Shown here: positions 17,306 through 27,092 of the stretch, piece after piece | How positions within the stretch are numbered: position 1 is the first letter of the stretch | How the letters are laid out: each line of letters begins with the position of its first letter | Source: an uncultured Syntrophobacterales bacterium | Lineage (GTDB): Bacteria; Desulfobacterota; Binatia; UBA9968; JAJDTQ01 | Direction of reading: 5' to 3' | Length of the DNA stretch: 64,000 nt | Assembly: GCA_964630405.1 (NCBI GenBank) | Contig: CAZVUC010000092.1 | Location: 7,174-71,173 of the forward strand | Translations under genes and position numbers: made by a program | Notes under the pieces: model-generated | Databases searched by the model: none | What the model was told of the DNA's origin: nothing | What the model saw: the letters and a program-made list of their open reading frames with translations, nothing else

Positions 17306-18370
17306 ATGTCCGTGATCGATGCCGATACCCATGTCGACGAGTCCGAGTCCACCTGGGCCGCGTTGGAGGGGACTCCCTATGCGAAGTACATGCCGGTGAC
17401 GGTCCACATGTCCGACGACGAGGCGAACCGGGCCGGCTTCAACACCACCACCCGGCGCAGTTGGGTAGTGGAGGGCAGGCTCCAGAACCGCGCGGTGCGG
17501 GACGAGATCAACCATCCGCCGCGAGTGCGGCGGGAGCTGGACGACGTGGAGGGCCGCCTGGCCCAAATGGACGAGATGGGCGTGGACATCCAGGTGATCT
17601 TTCCGACCTTCTTCATCCGCCACAACACCCAGAACGCCGAGGCCGAGTGGGCGCTGACCACCACCTACAACCGCTGGCTGGCCGAGAAGTGCGAGCCCAC
17701 CAACGGGCGGCTGCAGTGGGCCGCGGTGCTGCCGTGGCTGGATCCCCAAATGGGCATCGAGGAGCTGCGCTGGGCCAAGGAGCACGGTGCCTGCGGCATC
17801 TTCAAGCGCGGCTTCGACATCGGCAGGAAGGTCACCGACCCGCATTTCTTTCCGGTGTACGAGGAGGCCAACCGCCTGGACATGCCGCTGTGCTTCCACA
17901 CGGGCCATCCGCTGCCGTCGCGGGAGTGGGACCGGGGCTTCCCCATCATGTACGCTTTCGCCGAACTGGTGACCTCCAAGGTTCCGGAGATGTTCCCCAA
18001 CCTGCGCTTCGGCTTCATCGAGTCCGGTGCGTCGTGGATTCCTTACGTGATGTCGCAACTGGGCGCGACCAAGCGTGCCGCGCTGCGCGGTACGGGAACC
18101 GCCCTGCCGCAACTGTGCGACCTGGACCCCGACATCTTCCGCAAGAACCGCACCTACATCACCATCGACCCCATCGACGACGTGGAGTCGCTGCTGAAGT
18201 TCCACACCGAGGACAACCTGATCATCGGCACCGACTACAGCCACACCGACATCTCCGCCAACCTGAGCGGCCTCAACGAGGTGCACAACTGGGTGGACGA
18301 GGGCCGCATCAACAACGACCAGGCCGAGAAGATCCTCAACACCAACTCGCGCGTGTTCTACGGACTGTAG
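17306..18370 (+). CDS. amidohydrolase-2 family metal-dependent hydrolase (ACMSD-like TIM barrel)
   Basis: 'IDADTHV' N-terminal metal-binding motif, 'HTGHP', 'TDYSHTD'. Divergently transcribed from the defence operon. Confidence 0.65.
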   Translation: MSVIDADTHVDESESTWAALEGTPYAKYMPVTVHMSDDEANRAGFNTTTRRSWVVEGRLQNRAVRDEINHPPRVRRELDDVEGRLAQMDEMGVDIQVIFPTFFIRHNTQNAEAEWALTTTYNRWLAEKCEPTNGRLQWAAVLPWLDPQMGIEELRWAKEHGACGIFKRGFDIGRKVTDPHFFPVYEEANRLDMPLCFHTGHPLPSREWDRGFPIMYAFAELVTSKVPEMFPNLRFGFIESGASWIPYVMSQLGATKRAALRGTGTALPQLCDLDPDIFRKNRTYITIDPIDDVESLLKFHTEDNLIIGTDYSHTDISANLSGLNEVHNWVDEGRINNDQAEKILNTNSRVFYGL

Positions 18371-18421
18371 GAACGCGTCTCCATGCGCCTGTTTGAGTAA
18401 GGGCGGGTCCCGGACCCGCCC

Positions 18422-20629
18422 TTATCCGTTTCGGCGCATGGCGCGCCAGACCCTCTCCGGGGTCAGCGGAAGGTCCTTGACGCGGGCGCCGGTGCAGCGG
18501 AACACCGCGTTGGCCACGGCGGGCGCCACCGGGATGATGCCGCCCTCCCCCATGCCCTTGGCGCCGTAGGGCCCGGGGCCGTCACCGTTCTCTACCAGTA
18601 TGGATTCGAAGGTCGCCGGCAGGTTCTCGAAACCCGGGACGCGGTAGTCCACGAGGTTGGGATTGAGGATCTGGCCGTCGCCGTACTCGATGGACTCCAT
18701 CAGCGCATGGCCGATGCCCATCATGGCGGCGCCCTCGTCCTGGCCTTCGCACTGGAGCGGGTTCAGGGCCTTGCCCACGTCGGCCGCCATGATGTAGCGG
18801 CCGAGCCGCACCTCGCCCGTGTCCCGATCCACGTCGAGCTCGGCGGCGCCGATGCCGATCTCCCAGAAAAGCGGGTTGGAGGGGGTCGGGGCCATGCCGC
18901 TGTGGGCGTAGCCGCGGCCGACGATCTCGCCCCCCTGCATGGCGAAATGCCCGCGGATCAGCTCGCCGTAGGAGACGCTCTGACCGCCGGCCCGGGCCTC
19001 GCCCTCGGCGAGCTCGACGGCCTCCCGAGGAGCCTCGAAGTGCTCCATGGCCAGCTCCAGGATCTGCTCGCGGGCGTCCGCCGCGGCCAACTGCGTGGCC
19101 TTGCCCATCACCGTGGTGGAGCGGCTCGATCCGGTGGAGCGGTCGTACGGGGTATAGGCGGTGTCCGGCGGCCGCACCCGCACCTTGTCGAACGGCACGC
19201 GCAGTTCCTCGGCCACGATCTGGCTCATGACCGTGCGCGATCCCTGGCCGATCTCCGAGGTGCCGATGAGCAGCACCACGCTGCCGTCGGAGAGGGCGTG
19301 CACGGTGGAGGTGGACGCCAGCGGCGCACCCGGGTCGGTGACTCCGAACGCCAGCCCGCGGCCCTCCCCGGAGGCGGCCACGGGTCCGTCCCATCCCATC
19401 CGCTCGGTGACCCGGCCGAGCCCTTCCCGGAGGTCGGCGTCCAGGGGCTTGCCGCCGGGCTTCAGCTCCTCGCCCCGGTAGAGCAGGTTCTTCAGCCGGA
19501 AAGCCAGGGGGTCGAGGCCCAGCTCATCGGCGAGGATGTCCATCTGCGACTCGTTGGCCCAGGCGGTTTGCGGGCCGCCGATGGAGCGGAACGAGGCCGC
19601 CGACACGGTGTTGGTGTACACGCAGTGAGACTCCACCCGGAGGTGGGGAATACGGTACGGCCCCAGGATGCGCGTGAGGGTCCGGCTGGTCACCACCGGC
19701 CCAAGCTCTGCGAAGGCCCCTGTGTTGAGGAAGACCTCCGCCTGCTTGGCCACCAGGGTGCCGTCCCGCCTGGCCCCGGTGCGGACCCGACACAGGGCCG
19801 AATGGCGCCGCACGGTCATCATCGCCTCGGACACGTTCTGGGCCACCCGGACCGGCCGCCCGCATTTCTGCGCCAGCGCCACCGCCAGCGGCTCGATCTT
19901 GGCCCCGGACTTGCTGCCGTAGGCGCCGCCCACGTACGGGATGATGACCCGGACGCTCGAAAGCGGGAGGCTGAAGATGTGGGCCAGCTCGAGCTGGACG
20001 CCGAAGGGGTGTGCGCAGGAGCTCCACACCGTCACCCCCTCGGCATCCACCTTGGCCATGGCCACATGGGGCTCCATGGCGTAGTGGTACACCATGGGGA
20101 AGGTGAAGGTGTCCTCGACGACGGTGTCGGCCCCGGCGAACCCGGCCGCCACGTCGCCCTTCTCGAGCCGGTCGCTGAAGCAGATGTTGCCGGGAGCGGC
20201 CTCGTGGACTTGCGGCGCGCCGTCGGCGACGGCCTCCTCGATGGTGACCACCGCGGGCAGCGGCTCGTACTCCACCGCCACCGCGCGGAGCGCGTCGTCC
20301 GCGGTGGCCTCGTCGTCCGCCGCCACCGCGGCCACCGGCTGTCCGGCGAACAGCGCCCGGTCCAGCGCCACGATGGGATGGTCCTGGATCCTGCCGCTGA
20401 AGTACGGATTCCGGTTTCGGAAGTCCTCGCGCGTGAGCACGGCGCGGACGCCCGGAACCCGCTCCGCCGCGCTCGCGTCGATGGAGACGATGCGCGCGTG
20501 GGCGTGAGGGCTCCGCAGGATCTTGCCGCAGAGCATGCCCGGCAGCGTGAGGTCCGAGGCGTATTCGGCCTGTCCCGTGACCTTCGCGACGCCGTCCACC
20601 CGTTGGGCCGCGGTGCCGATGATCTTCAT
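18422..20629 (-). CDS. xanthine dehydrogenase / aldehyde oxidase family molybdopterin-binding large subunit
   Basis: 735 aa. 'MKIIGTAAQRVDGVAKVTGQAEYASD' N-terminus and overall CoxL/XdhA-like layout. No adjacent 2Fe-2S or FAD subunit genes. Confidence 0.7.
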   Translation of the reverse strand: MKIIGTAAQRVDGVAKVTGQAEYASDLTLPGMLCGKILRSPHAHARIVSIDASAAERVPGVRAVLTREDFRNRNPYFSGRIQDHPIVALDRALFAGQPVAAVAADDEATADDALRAVAVEYEPLPAVVTIEEAVADGAPQVHEAAPGNICFSDRLEKGDVAAGFAGADTVVEDTFTFPMVYHYAMEPHVAMAKVDAEGVTVWSSCAHPFGVQLELAHIFSLPLSSVRVIIPYVGGAYGSKSGAKIEPLAVALAQKCGRPVRVAQNVSEAMMTVRRHSALCRVRTGARRDGTLVAKQAEVFLNTGAFAELGPVVTSRTLTRILGPYRIPHLRVESHCVYTNTVSAASFRSIGGPQTAWANESQMDILADELGLDPLAFRLKNLLYRGEELKPGGKPLDADLREGLGRVTERMGWDGPVAASGEGRGLAFGVTDPGAPLASTSTVHALSDGSVVLLIGTSEIGQGSRTVMSQIVAEELRVPFDKVRVRPPDTAYTPYDRSTGSSRSTTVMGKATQLAAADAREQILELAMEHFEAPREAVELAEGEARAGGQSVSYGELIRGHFAMQGGEIVGRGYAHSGMAPTPSNPLFWEIGIGAAELDVDRDTGEVRLGRYIMAADVGKALNPLQCEGQDEGAAMMGIGHALMESIEYGDGQILNPNLVDYRVPGFENLPATFESILVENGDGPGPYGAKGMGEGGIIPVAPAVANAVFRCTGARVKDLPLTPERVWRAMRRNG

Positions 20630-20660
20630 GGCCGGACCTTGGCAGGTTGGAGCTAGGCCA

Positions 20661-21557
20661 CTAGAACTCCATGCAGTCTTCGGCGACCACCACCTCGCCC
20701 GGGTAGTGCTTCCGCACCTCCTCGGCCCAGGGCTCGTAGTCGGTGCTGTCGACGCGCCGGGTGAAGTGGGACAGCACCACCTTCCTGACGCCGGCCTTGG
20801 TCGCCAGCGCGCCGATGTTCTCCAACCCCATGTGCCCCTGGGTGGCCTGGCGCATGATGCCTTCCTGCTCGGCCGTGCTCATGGCCTGCCAGCGGCCGTC
20901 CTGGATCATCGAGTTCTTGCGTTCGTCACATGACGAGGTCTCGGTGACCAGCACGTCCGCGTCCCTGGCCAGCGCGGTGACCGCGGCGCTGATGCCGGTG
21001 TCGCCGGTGAACACGATCACCCGGTCGGGGGTCTCGAAGCGGTAGGAATAGGACTTGTAGCGGCCTTCGGCGTCTCCCCGGTGGAAACTGAAGTGCGTGT
21101 TCTCCACCGAGGTCACGCGGACGTTGTCGTCCTTGTAGACCTCGCCGACGCCGACGTCGTGGCCGAAGAACACCTTGTCCAGCGGCACGCTCCGGCCGCC
21201 GTCGGCGATGCGGATGTCGGCGCTGATGCTGCAGTACGCCACCGTGGCGTCCACCAGCTCCTTGGTCCGTGGCGGTCCGTAGACGTCGATGGGCGCGGTG
21301 CGCTGCCCGTCCCAGGCCAGGGACATGAGGGTGCCGAGACCCGCCGTGTGGTCGTCGTGATGGTGGGTCAGAAAGATGATCCCCACCTTGCGCACGTCCG
21401 CGCCGGCCCGGGCCATGCGCCGCGCCACCCCGTCGCCGGCGTCCACCACGTAGTAGGTGTCGTTGACGGTGAGCAGGTGCGAGGTCTGCGCCCGGCGGGG
21501 CGTCAACGACGGTCCGCCCGACGTTCCCAGAGTGATCAGTGACGATGGCGTTTTCAT
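20661..21557 (-). CDS. MBL-fold metallo-hydrolase
   Basis: 'THHHDDH' metallo-beta-lactamase motif 2. Confidence 0.65.
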   Translation of the reverse strand: MKTPSSLITLGTSGGPSLTPRRAQTSHLLTVNDTYYVVDAGDGVARRMARAGADVRKVGIIFLTHHHDDHTAGLGTLMSLAWDGQRTAPIDVYGPPRTKELVDATVAYCSISADIRIADGGRSVPLDKVFFGHDVGVGEVYKDDNVRVTSVENTHFSFHRGDAEGRYKSYSYRFETPDRVIVFTGDTGISAAVTALARDADVLVTETSSCDERKNSMIQDGRWQAMSTAEQEGIMRQATQGHMGLENIGALATKAGVRKVVLSHFTRRVDSTDYEPWAEEVRKHYPGEVVVAEDCMEF

Positions 21558-21569
21558 GTTCTCCTCCGT

Positions 21570-22385
21570 TCAACTGCCGGCGCCGTGCCGCTTCTCTCCG
21601 GCGATGAGACCATAGTGGAAGCCGCCGCTGATGTGAAGCCGGTCGCCGGTCTTCTCGAAACGAAAATATCTCTCCTGGAAGCGGGCCCGGAGCTCCGCCG
21701 GCCGCCGGTGCAGCTCGTCCACCACCTCGATCCAGTGCCGGCCCGTGGGGACCCCGTCGATGCCGTCCTGGTCCACATTGTAGGTGTGCCGTTCCGCGGC
21801 CGCCACTTCGAGACCGCCGTCGGCCATCAACCGGCGGATCTCCTCCAGCGCGAAGAAACGGAATCCCGCGCCGTGGGAGCGCTGGAAGACCTCGTTGATG
21901 ACTCCGTTCACGGCCGCGTCCAGCGCGTCGTCTCCGGCCACGATCACCGGATCGAGGATGAACAGGCGGCCGCCGGGCTTGAGCACGCGCGCGGCCTCCA
22001 TCACCATGTCCCGGGCGCTGACGAAGTGGTGGAGGCTGAAAGCCACCCATGCGCGGTCGAAGATGCCGGCCCGGAGCGGCATGCGCTCGGCCGTGGCCGC
22101 GATCCGGCCATAGCGGGGAATGGGATCGGCGTCCGGCTCCCGGGACACCCGGAGCATGGCCAGGGCCTCGTCGATGCCGACGATGCTGCCGGCGGCCAGG
22201 CGCCGAGAGACCGGACGGGCGAACCGGCCGGTGCCGGTGGCCACGTCCAGCACCGTCTCGTCGCCACGCAACGCCAAGGCCTCGATCAAACGGTCCGCCA
22301 ACTGCCCGCGGATGTCCGACAGCGCCGCCCGGCGGTCGAACTCCACCGCGTGGGCGTGATCGTGGAAGGGTGAGTGTCGGCTCAT
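21570..22385 (-). CDS. class I SAM-dependent methyltransferase
   Basis: 'VLDVATGTG' motif I. Confidence 0.65.
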   Translation of the reverse strand: MSRHSPFHDHAHAVEFDRRAALSDIRGQLADRLIEALALRGDETVLDVATGTGRFARPVSRRLAAGSIVGIDEALAMLRVSREPDADPIPRYGRIAATAERMPLRAGIFDRAWVAFSLHHFVSARDMVMEAARVLKPGGRLFILDPVIVAGDDALDAAVNGVINEVFQRSHGAGFRFFALEEIRRLMADGGLEVAAAERHTYNVDQDGIDGVPTGRHWIEVVDELHRRPAELRARFQERYFRFEKTGDRLHISGGFHYGLIAGEKRHGAGS

Positions 22386-23005
22386 TCGTCAGGTCCCCTG
22401 TGGGCCGTGTCCGACTCGTCGACCCAGTCGCCTTCGGCATACGACATTCCATCCCTCCCCGGCACCGTGCGTTCCCGCCCGGCCCGGTAGAAGCTGCAAC
22501 TCTTGGGACCATAGCAGAAGGTCTCGAACCGGTAGCGTTTCTCGGACGGGTTCCACGGGTCCAACACCAGTGTCACGGGCATGCGGCAGCCCCAGATGCA
22601 GGTCGCGCACCGCCTTTCGTAGCTCCGGGGATCCAACCGCCGGTGTCCCCGCCCGCGGTACGTCTCCAGGTCCGGCGGCACGCCATGGAACGGCGGGCCG
22701 TCCGATCCCTCCACCTCGGCGTCCCGAAGGACCTTGAGCCGGCTCACCCTGTACCACCCCGCCGTCTCCAACCGCGGGTCGGCCACGGGCACCGCCACCC
22801 CGCTTACCTCCATTCCCACGTGGAAGCCGTGCTTCGCATGCGCCGACCGGCCGACGGCGATGCGGACTTCACCGCTCTGGCCGGCGCAGGTCCCTTCGAT
22901 CCGCAACACATAGCCATGATAGCCATGAGACCGTTCGTCAAGGGAACGGGCAAGCCGTATCCGCGGCTGCACCGAGACGATGGTGCCGGACCAGGGCGCC
23001 TTCAC
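22382..23005 (-). CDS. Cys-rich hypothetical protein
   Basis: GTG start overlaps the LLM gene stop as GTGA. Contains 'CATCIWGC' and 'FCYGPKSCSFY' cysteine clusters. Also overlaps the downstream methyltransferase gene by 4 nt. Confidence 0.4.
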   Translation of the reverse strand: MKAPWSGTIVSVQPRIRLARSLDERSHGYHGYVLRIEGTCAGQSGEVRIAVGRSAHAKHGFHVGMEVSGVAVPVADPRLETAGWYRVSRLKVLRDAEVEGSDGPPFHGVPPDLETYRGRGHRRLDPRSYERRCATCIWGCRMPVTLVLDPWNPSEKRYRFETFCYGPKSCSFYRAGRERTVPGRDGMSYAEGDWVDESDTAHRGPDE

Positions 23006-24015
23006 GGTAGCGGGCACTCCGGCGTAAGACGTTTCAACTCGGGAATCACTTCCTCGCCGAAGCGCTGGATGGTTTCGAGGGTGACGGACGACTCCATGCC
23101 GGGCCAGTCGACCATGAACCACATGATCTCGGCGCCGAACTCTTGGTGGTAGGAGAGCACCTGCTCGGCCACCTCGGTCGGGCTGCCGAGGACGAGACGG
23201 TCCTGCTGCAACTGCTCGAACGGCAGGTCGTAGCGCTCCCCCGGCTGGCCCCAGCGCTGGTAGCGTTCGTAGCGCCGCTCGTAGCCCTCGCGGATGCGGT
23301 CTTCCGCCTCCTTGCGGCTGTCGGCGACACAGAGGTCGCGGAAGATGTAGAGGCCCTCGAAGGGTCTGCCTTGCGCCTCCAGGGCGCGCTTGTACACGGG
23401 CACGGCCTCGCGCAGGAACGTCTTGGTGTGACGGCGGCTGGCGATCCAGTGGTCGGCCACCTCCGGCACGCGGGCGACGGTGGGCACCGTGTCGGCCCCC
23501 AGCAGGATGGGCGGCCGGGGCTTCCGCAGGGGCTTGGGATGGATGGTGACGCCGTCGATGCGGTAGAAACGGCCGTCGTGATGCACCTCATCCTCGGTCC
23601 ACAGCCGCTTCACCACCTCGATGCCCTCCTCGAGCCGGAGCCGCTTCTCGCGCATGGGCACGCCCATGGAGGTGAACTCGACGTCACGGTAGCCTTGTCC
23701 GATGCCGAACAGGAACTTGCCGTCGCACAGGTTGTCGAGGGTGGCCGTGTACTCCGCCACCATCAGCGGCTGGTGCATGGGCAGGAGGAATATCGCCGTG
23801 CCCAGGTACATGCCGGGGGTCAGGCCGGCGAAGTAGGACAGCAACGGCAGGGACTGCAGCATGGCGGCGTCCGGCCCGGTGGAGTAGTGCTGGGCCACGA
23901 ACAGCGCCTCGTAGTTGCTGGCGTGGGCCACCCGCGCCCGTTCCGTGAAGTCGCGGCAGACGCCGGCCCGGTCCAGATCCGAGGGATAGCTGCCGAACGC
24001 GATGCCAAAACGCAT
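23002..24015 (-). CDS. LLM-class (luciferase-like) flavin/F420-dependent oxidoreductase
   Basis: 337 aa with typical luciferase-like monooxygenase composition: 'MRFGIAFGS' start, 'GIGQGY'. Confidence 0.65.
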   Translation of the reverse strand: MRFGIAFGSYPSDLDRAGVCRDFTERARVAHASNYEALFVAQHYSTGPDAAMLQSLPLLSYFAGLTPGMYLGTAIFLLPMHQPLMVAEYTATLDNLCDGKFLFGIGQGYRDVEFTSMGVPMREKRLRLEEGIEVVKRLWTEDEVHHDGRFYRIDGVTIHPKPLRKPRPPILLGADTVPTVARVPEVADHWIASRRHTKTFLREAVPVYKRALEAQGRPFEGLYIFRDLCVADSRKEAEDRIREGYERRYERYQRWGQPGERYDLPFEQLQQDRLVLGSPTEVAEQVLSYHQEFGAEIMWFMVDWPGMESSVTLETIQRFGEEVIPELKRLTPECPLP

Positions 24016-24078
24016 GATGAAAACCTCCCGTTGCTCTCACCCGGGCAAGTCATTCCTGGGCTGACCACCTCACGGGAT

Positions 24079-24843
24079 TCAGCCGATTACCCGCTCCACC
24101 GGCACGCTCCGGACGTCCATTTCAAATTCCAGTCCCTGGACCGGCGGCCGGGCGTACGTCCATGTGACGCCGTCCGGCGCCGCACCCCGGCGGACCACCT
24201 CGTCGGCGAGAAACCCATGGATTTCGTGGACCGAGTAGACCTGGCTCGTGGTGGCGTCCGCCCACGCCACGCCCAACGCCGCCATCCGAAGCTCCAACGC
24301 TCCGAGGACGAATTGCGCCTTTTCCCGCATTGCATCGGGCGAAGTGTCCCCGAGGCGGATGATCCGGTCCCCGTATCCTCCCGGTCCTTCGGGCGCTTCG
24401 CCGGAGCCCGCGATCACGAAGCTCTTCAGCCCTGCCGCGTCACCCGCCTCGGCCGGTACCGTGTACGAAAATGCATGGAAGCAGGGTTCCATGGGAGGAT
24501 GCACCTCGGGACACACGTTCGACCGTGCGACGGGATTGTCCTCGTCCTTGAAGATGCCCCACCGTTCGAGCGTGCTCACGTAGACCCGATTGAAGGCAAC
24601 GAAGCCTTCTTCCGTGAACTGCCCTGGCGAGCGCAGCTCACAGGCGCAGAACGCGGCGGGCGGGCGGCCGAGGCCGTCAAGATACGTCTCGATCCGGCGG
24701 AACCCTTCGTCAAGCGGCACGGGCCGCGCGAACCGGGCGCGTTCGATGACGAATCCCGGCACCGCCGAGACGCCCCCCGAGTACTGGAACCGCCCCCTCA
24801 CGTACCGGTACCCGCCGGGTTCGAATACTGTTATTTCCGCCAT
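24079..24843 (-). CDS. hypothetical protein
   Basis: 254-aa ORF co-directional with the LLM cluster. No recognisable motif. Confidence 0.4.
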   Translation of the reverse strand: MAEITVFEPGGYRYVRGRFQYSGGVSAVPGFVIERARFARPVPLDEGFRRIETYLDGLGRPPAAFCACELRSPGQFTEEGFVAFNRVYVSTLERWGIFKDEDNPVARSNVCPEVHPPMEPCFHAFSYTVPAEAGDAAGLKSFVIAGSGEAPEGPGGYGDRIIRLGDTSPDAMREKAQFVLGALELRMAALGVAWADATTSQVYSVHEIHGFLADEVVRRGAAPDGVTWTYARPPVQGLEFEMDVRSVPVERVIG

Positions 24844-24870
24844 ATCGCACCTCCGGTATCTGGTGTCCGG

Positions 24871-26322
24871 TCAAGCCTCGGCCCGCCTGGCGATCTCCCG
24901 CGCCAGCCCGTCGAAGATCCTGGCGTGGACCGGGTAAAGCCCGTACCAGTAAAGCAGGCCGCCCAGCCCCTTGGGAAGGAAAGCCGCGGTCTGCTCCAGC
25001 CGGGTCTTCCCGTCCTCCGTCTCCGACACCCGGAACTGGAGCCAGGCGCGGCCCGGCAGCTTCATCTCCGCCCTCAGGCGGACCAGCCGGCCCGGCTCCA
25101 GGGCCTCCACCCGCCAGAAATCCAGCGCGTCGCCGACGCGCAACTCGTCGGGGTGGCGGCGTCCCCGCCGCAGCCCCGCGCCCCCCAGCAGGCGGTCGAC
25201 CATGCCCCGAATCCGCCACATCCAGTCGCCGTAGAACCATCCCCGATCGCCGCCGATTCCGGTGAACACCCGGTACACCTCCCGGGCGGGCGCGTCCACC
25301 TGTCGTGTGCGGCGCTCGAAAATCATGCCTTCGTGGGACTCCACGCGGGAGAAGGAGTCGGCCACCGCGGGAGCGCCATGGGCGTCGCTCCAGGCGGTCT
25401 CGATGCGCCCGTGCTCCAGGTCCTCAATCACCTCCGCGATGGCCCCGGCGTAGTCCCGGGGCGAGATCGCCGGGAACAGCTCCCGGGCCAGATCGTCGGT
25501 CACCACCACCTCGTTCCGGAGCCCGTCGATGAGGGGACCGCTGACGCCGGAAGGGATCGGCGTGATCCAGTGCACCCAGTACGATGACAGGCGCGGCGTG
25601 AGCACCGGCACCGGCGCCAGCCAGCGCCCGAGGCCCCGGGCCCGGGCATAGCCCAGCATCATGCCCTTGTAGGTGGTGACCCCTTCGCCGCCGATCTCGA
25701 TGACCTTGTCGCCGCAGGCGGCGTTGGTCAAGGCCGCCGCCAGATAGTCCAGCACGTCGTTCACCGCGATGGGCTGGACCCGCGAATAGACCCATCGCGG
25801 GCACACCATCACCGGCAGACGTTCCACCAGGTAGCGGATCATCTCGAAGGAGATGCTGCCGGAGCCCACGATCACCGCCGCCCTGAACTCCGTCACCGGA
25901 ACGCCCCCTTCCCGGAGCGCACGACCCGTGTCCTGCCTGGAACGCAGATGTTGCGACAGGTCGGCCTCAGGGTTCCCGAGGCCGCCCAGGTAGACGATGC
26001 GCCGCACGCGGTTTTCTCGGGCCACCTGACCGAAGAGCCGCGCCGCCTCCACGTCCAGCTCGTGAAACCCGGCGCCGCTGGCCATGCTGTGGATCAGGTA
26101 GTAGGTGCAGTCCACCCCGGCCAGGGCCCGCGACAGCGTATCACGGTCCAGCGCGTCGCCCTCGACGATCTCGACCCGGTCCGCCCAGGATCGCGAGCGC
26201 ACCCGTGCCGCGCTGCGCGCGAGAACACGAACACGATGGCCGTCGGCGAGCAGACGCGGGGCCAGCCTGCCGCCGATGTAGCCGGTGGCGCCGGTGACGA
26301 GGACTGTTGCCGATGGGTTCAT
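24871..26322 (-). CDS. NAD(P)-binding SDR/NmrA-like protein with C-terminal DUF2867
   Basis: 'VLVTGATGYIGGRL' Rossmann motif. The C-terminal half ('WFYGDWMWRIRG') resembles DUF2867. Confidence 0.65.
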   Translation of the reverse strand: MNPSATVLVTGATGYIGGRLAPRLLADGHRVRVLARSAARVRSRSWADRVEIVEGDALDRDTLSRALAGVDCTYYLIHSMASGAGFHELDVEAARLFGQVARENRVRRIVYLGGLGNPEADLSQHLRSRQDTGRALREGGVPVTEFRAAVIVGSGSISFEMIRYLVERLPVMVCPRWVYSRVQPIAVNDVLDYLAAALTNAACGDKVIEIGGEGVTTYKGMMLGYARARGLGRWLAPVPVLTPRLSSYWVHWITPIPSGVSGPLIDGLRNEVVVTDDLARELFPAISPRDYAGAIAEVIEDLEHGRIETAWSDAHGAPAVADSFSRVESHEGMIFERRTRQVDAPAREVYRVFTGIGGDRGWFYGDWMWRIRGMVDRLLGGAGLRRGRRHPDELRVGDALDFWRVEALEPGRLVRLRAEMKLPGRAWLQFRVSETEDGKTRLEQTAAFLPKGLGGLLYWYGLYPVHARIFDGLAREIARRAEA

Positions 26323-26400
26323 GCTGGGGAAGGGCCGCCATGGCGCGGGCGATGACGCGCTACCAGCTTCCTGCTGCCGATCCTGCGATGATGACGCTCT

Positions 26401-26754
26401 TTATCTGTTCTCGGTCAGCCGCCCGGAAAGGTACTTGTGAATGATGCTCGACAACAGCGTCTGGTATGGGATTCCCTCCTCGCGCGCACGCGCGTGTGCG
26501 AGGTTGAAGTCGCGCTCGGTAACCCGCAAATTGACTCTCCGGGTCTTGTTGAACGTATTGCGGGCCGCGTGCCGGGCCGTCTCCATCTCACGCTGGGCTC
26601 CTGAAGCAGGCGTTAACTCGCCCCGATCGAAGCGTTCCAGTATCTCCCGTTCTTCGGCATTCAGTTGTTTCTTCACGGTGACCGTCTCCTCTAATGTGTG
26701 CAGTTTGTCAACACCTGGTGAGGGGCCGGGCGAGCGATCCGGCATCCTCGCCAC
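26401..26754 (-). CDS. BrnA/CopG-family (COG3514-like) antitoxin-like protein
   Basis: 'RVNLRVTERDFNLAHARAREEGIPYQTLLSSIIHKYLSG' is the typical BrnA C-terminal RHH region. Start codon uncertain. Confidence 0.5.
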   Translation of the reverse strand: MARMPDRSPGPSPGVDKLHTLEETVTVKKQLNAEEREILERFDRGELTPASGAQREMETARHAARNTFNKTRRVNLRVTERDFNLAHARAREEGIPYQTLLSSIIHKYLSGRLTENR

Positions 26755-26769
26755 ACGACAGATGGAACA

Positions 26770-26943
26770 TCAACGGCCTGACCGCCGTAAGCCAGCAAGC
26801 ACCTCGCGGAAACTGTTGAGGCCCGCTTCGAGGTTCTCGATGATCTCTTCGGCCAAGTCGTCGGGTTCGGGCAGGTTGTGCAGGTCGGTCAGGCTCTTGT
26901 CCTTGAGCCAGAAGATGTCGAGGCTGGTCATATGATTTCCCAT
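26770..26943 (-). CDS. small hypothetical protein upstream of BrnA-like gene (possible cognate partner)
   Basis: About 57 aa from 'MTSLDIFWLKDK...'. Occupies the toxin position but does not look like BrnT/DUF497. Confidence 0.3.
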   Translation of the reverse strand: MGNHMTSLDIFWLKDKSLTDLHNLPEPDDLAEEIIENLEAGLNSFREVLAGLRRSGR

Positions 26944-27092
26944 CGTCAAAGGCCGCAACACAGCCACAAACATTTTGTTTATTGCATTTGAAACCCTGCC
27001 TGGGATAGTATGCGGCCCTCACCGAAGGTATGCCCACGGCGAGGAGGGCTCGTCGCAGGCGAGGCTGTTGGGCGCCAAACAAGGAGGAGGAC

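Noticed and set aside
17260-18396. 378-aa plus ORF and 339-aa minus ORF (17267-18286) overlapping the amidohydrolase
   Set aside because: Only the 17306-18370 frame carries amidohydrolase motifs. The others are Arg/Gly/Pro-rich alternate frames.
18707-20656. 649-aa plus-strand ORF
   Set aside because: Antisense to the molybdopterin-subunit gene, whose translation has clear family features. Low-complexity composition.
20926-22512. 528-aa minus-strand ORF spanning two genes
   Set aside because: Alternate frame across the MBL hydrolase and methyltransferase genes. Arg/Gly-rich.
23143-25587. 814-aa plus-strand ORF
   Set aside because: Antisense to the LLM, hypothetical and SDR/DUF2867 genes. 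No motifs, biased composition.
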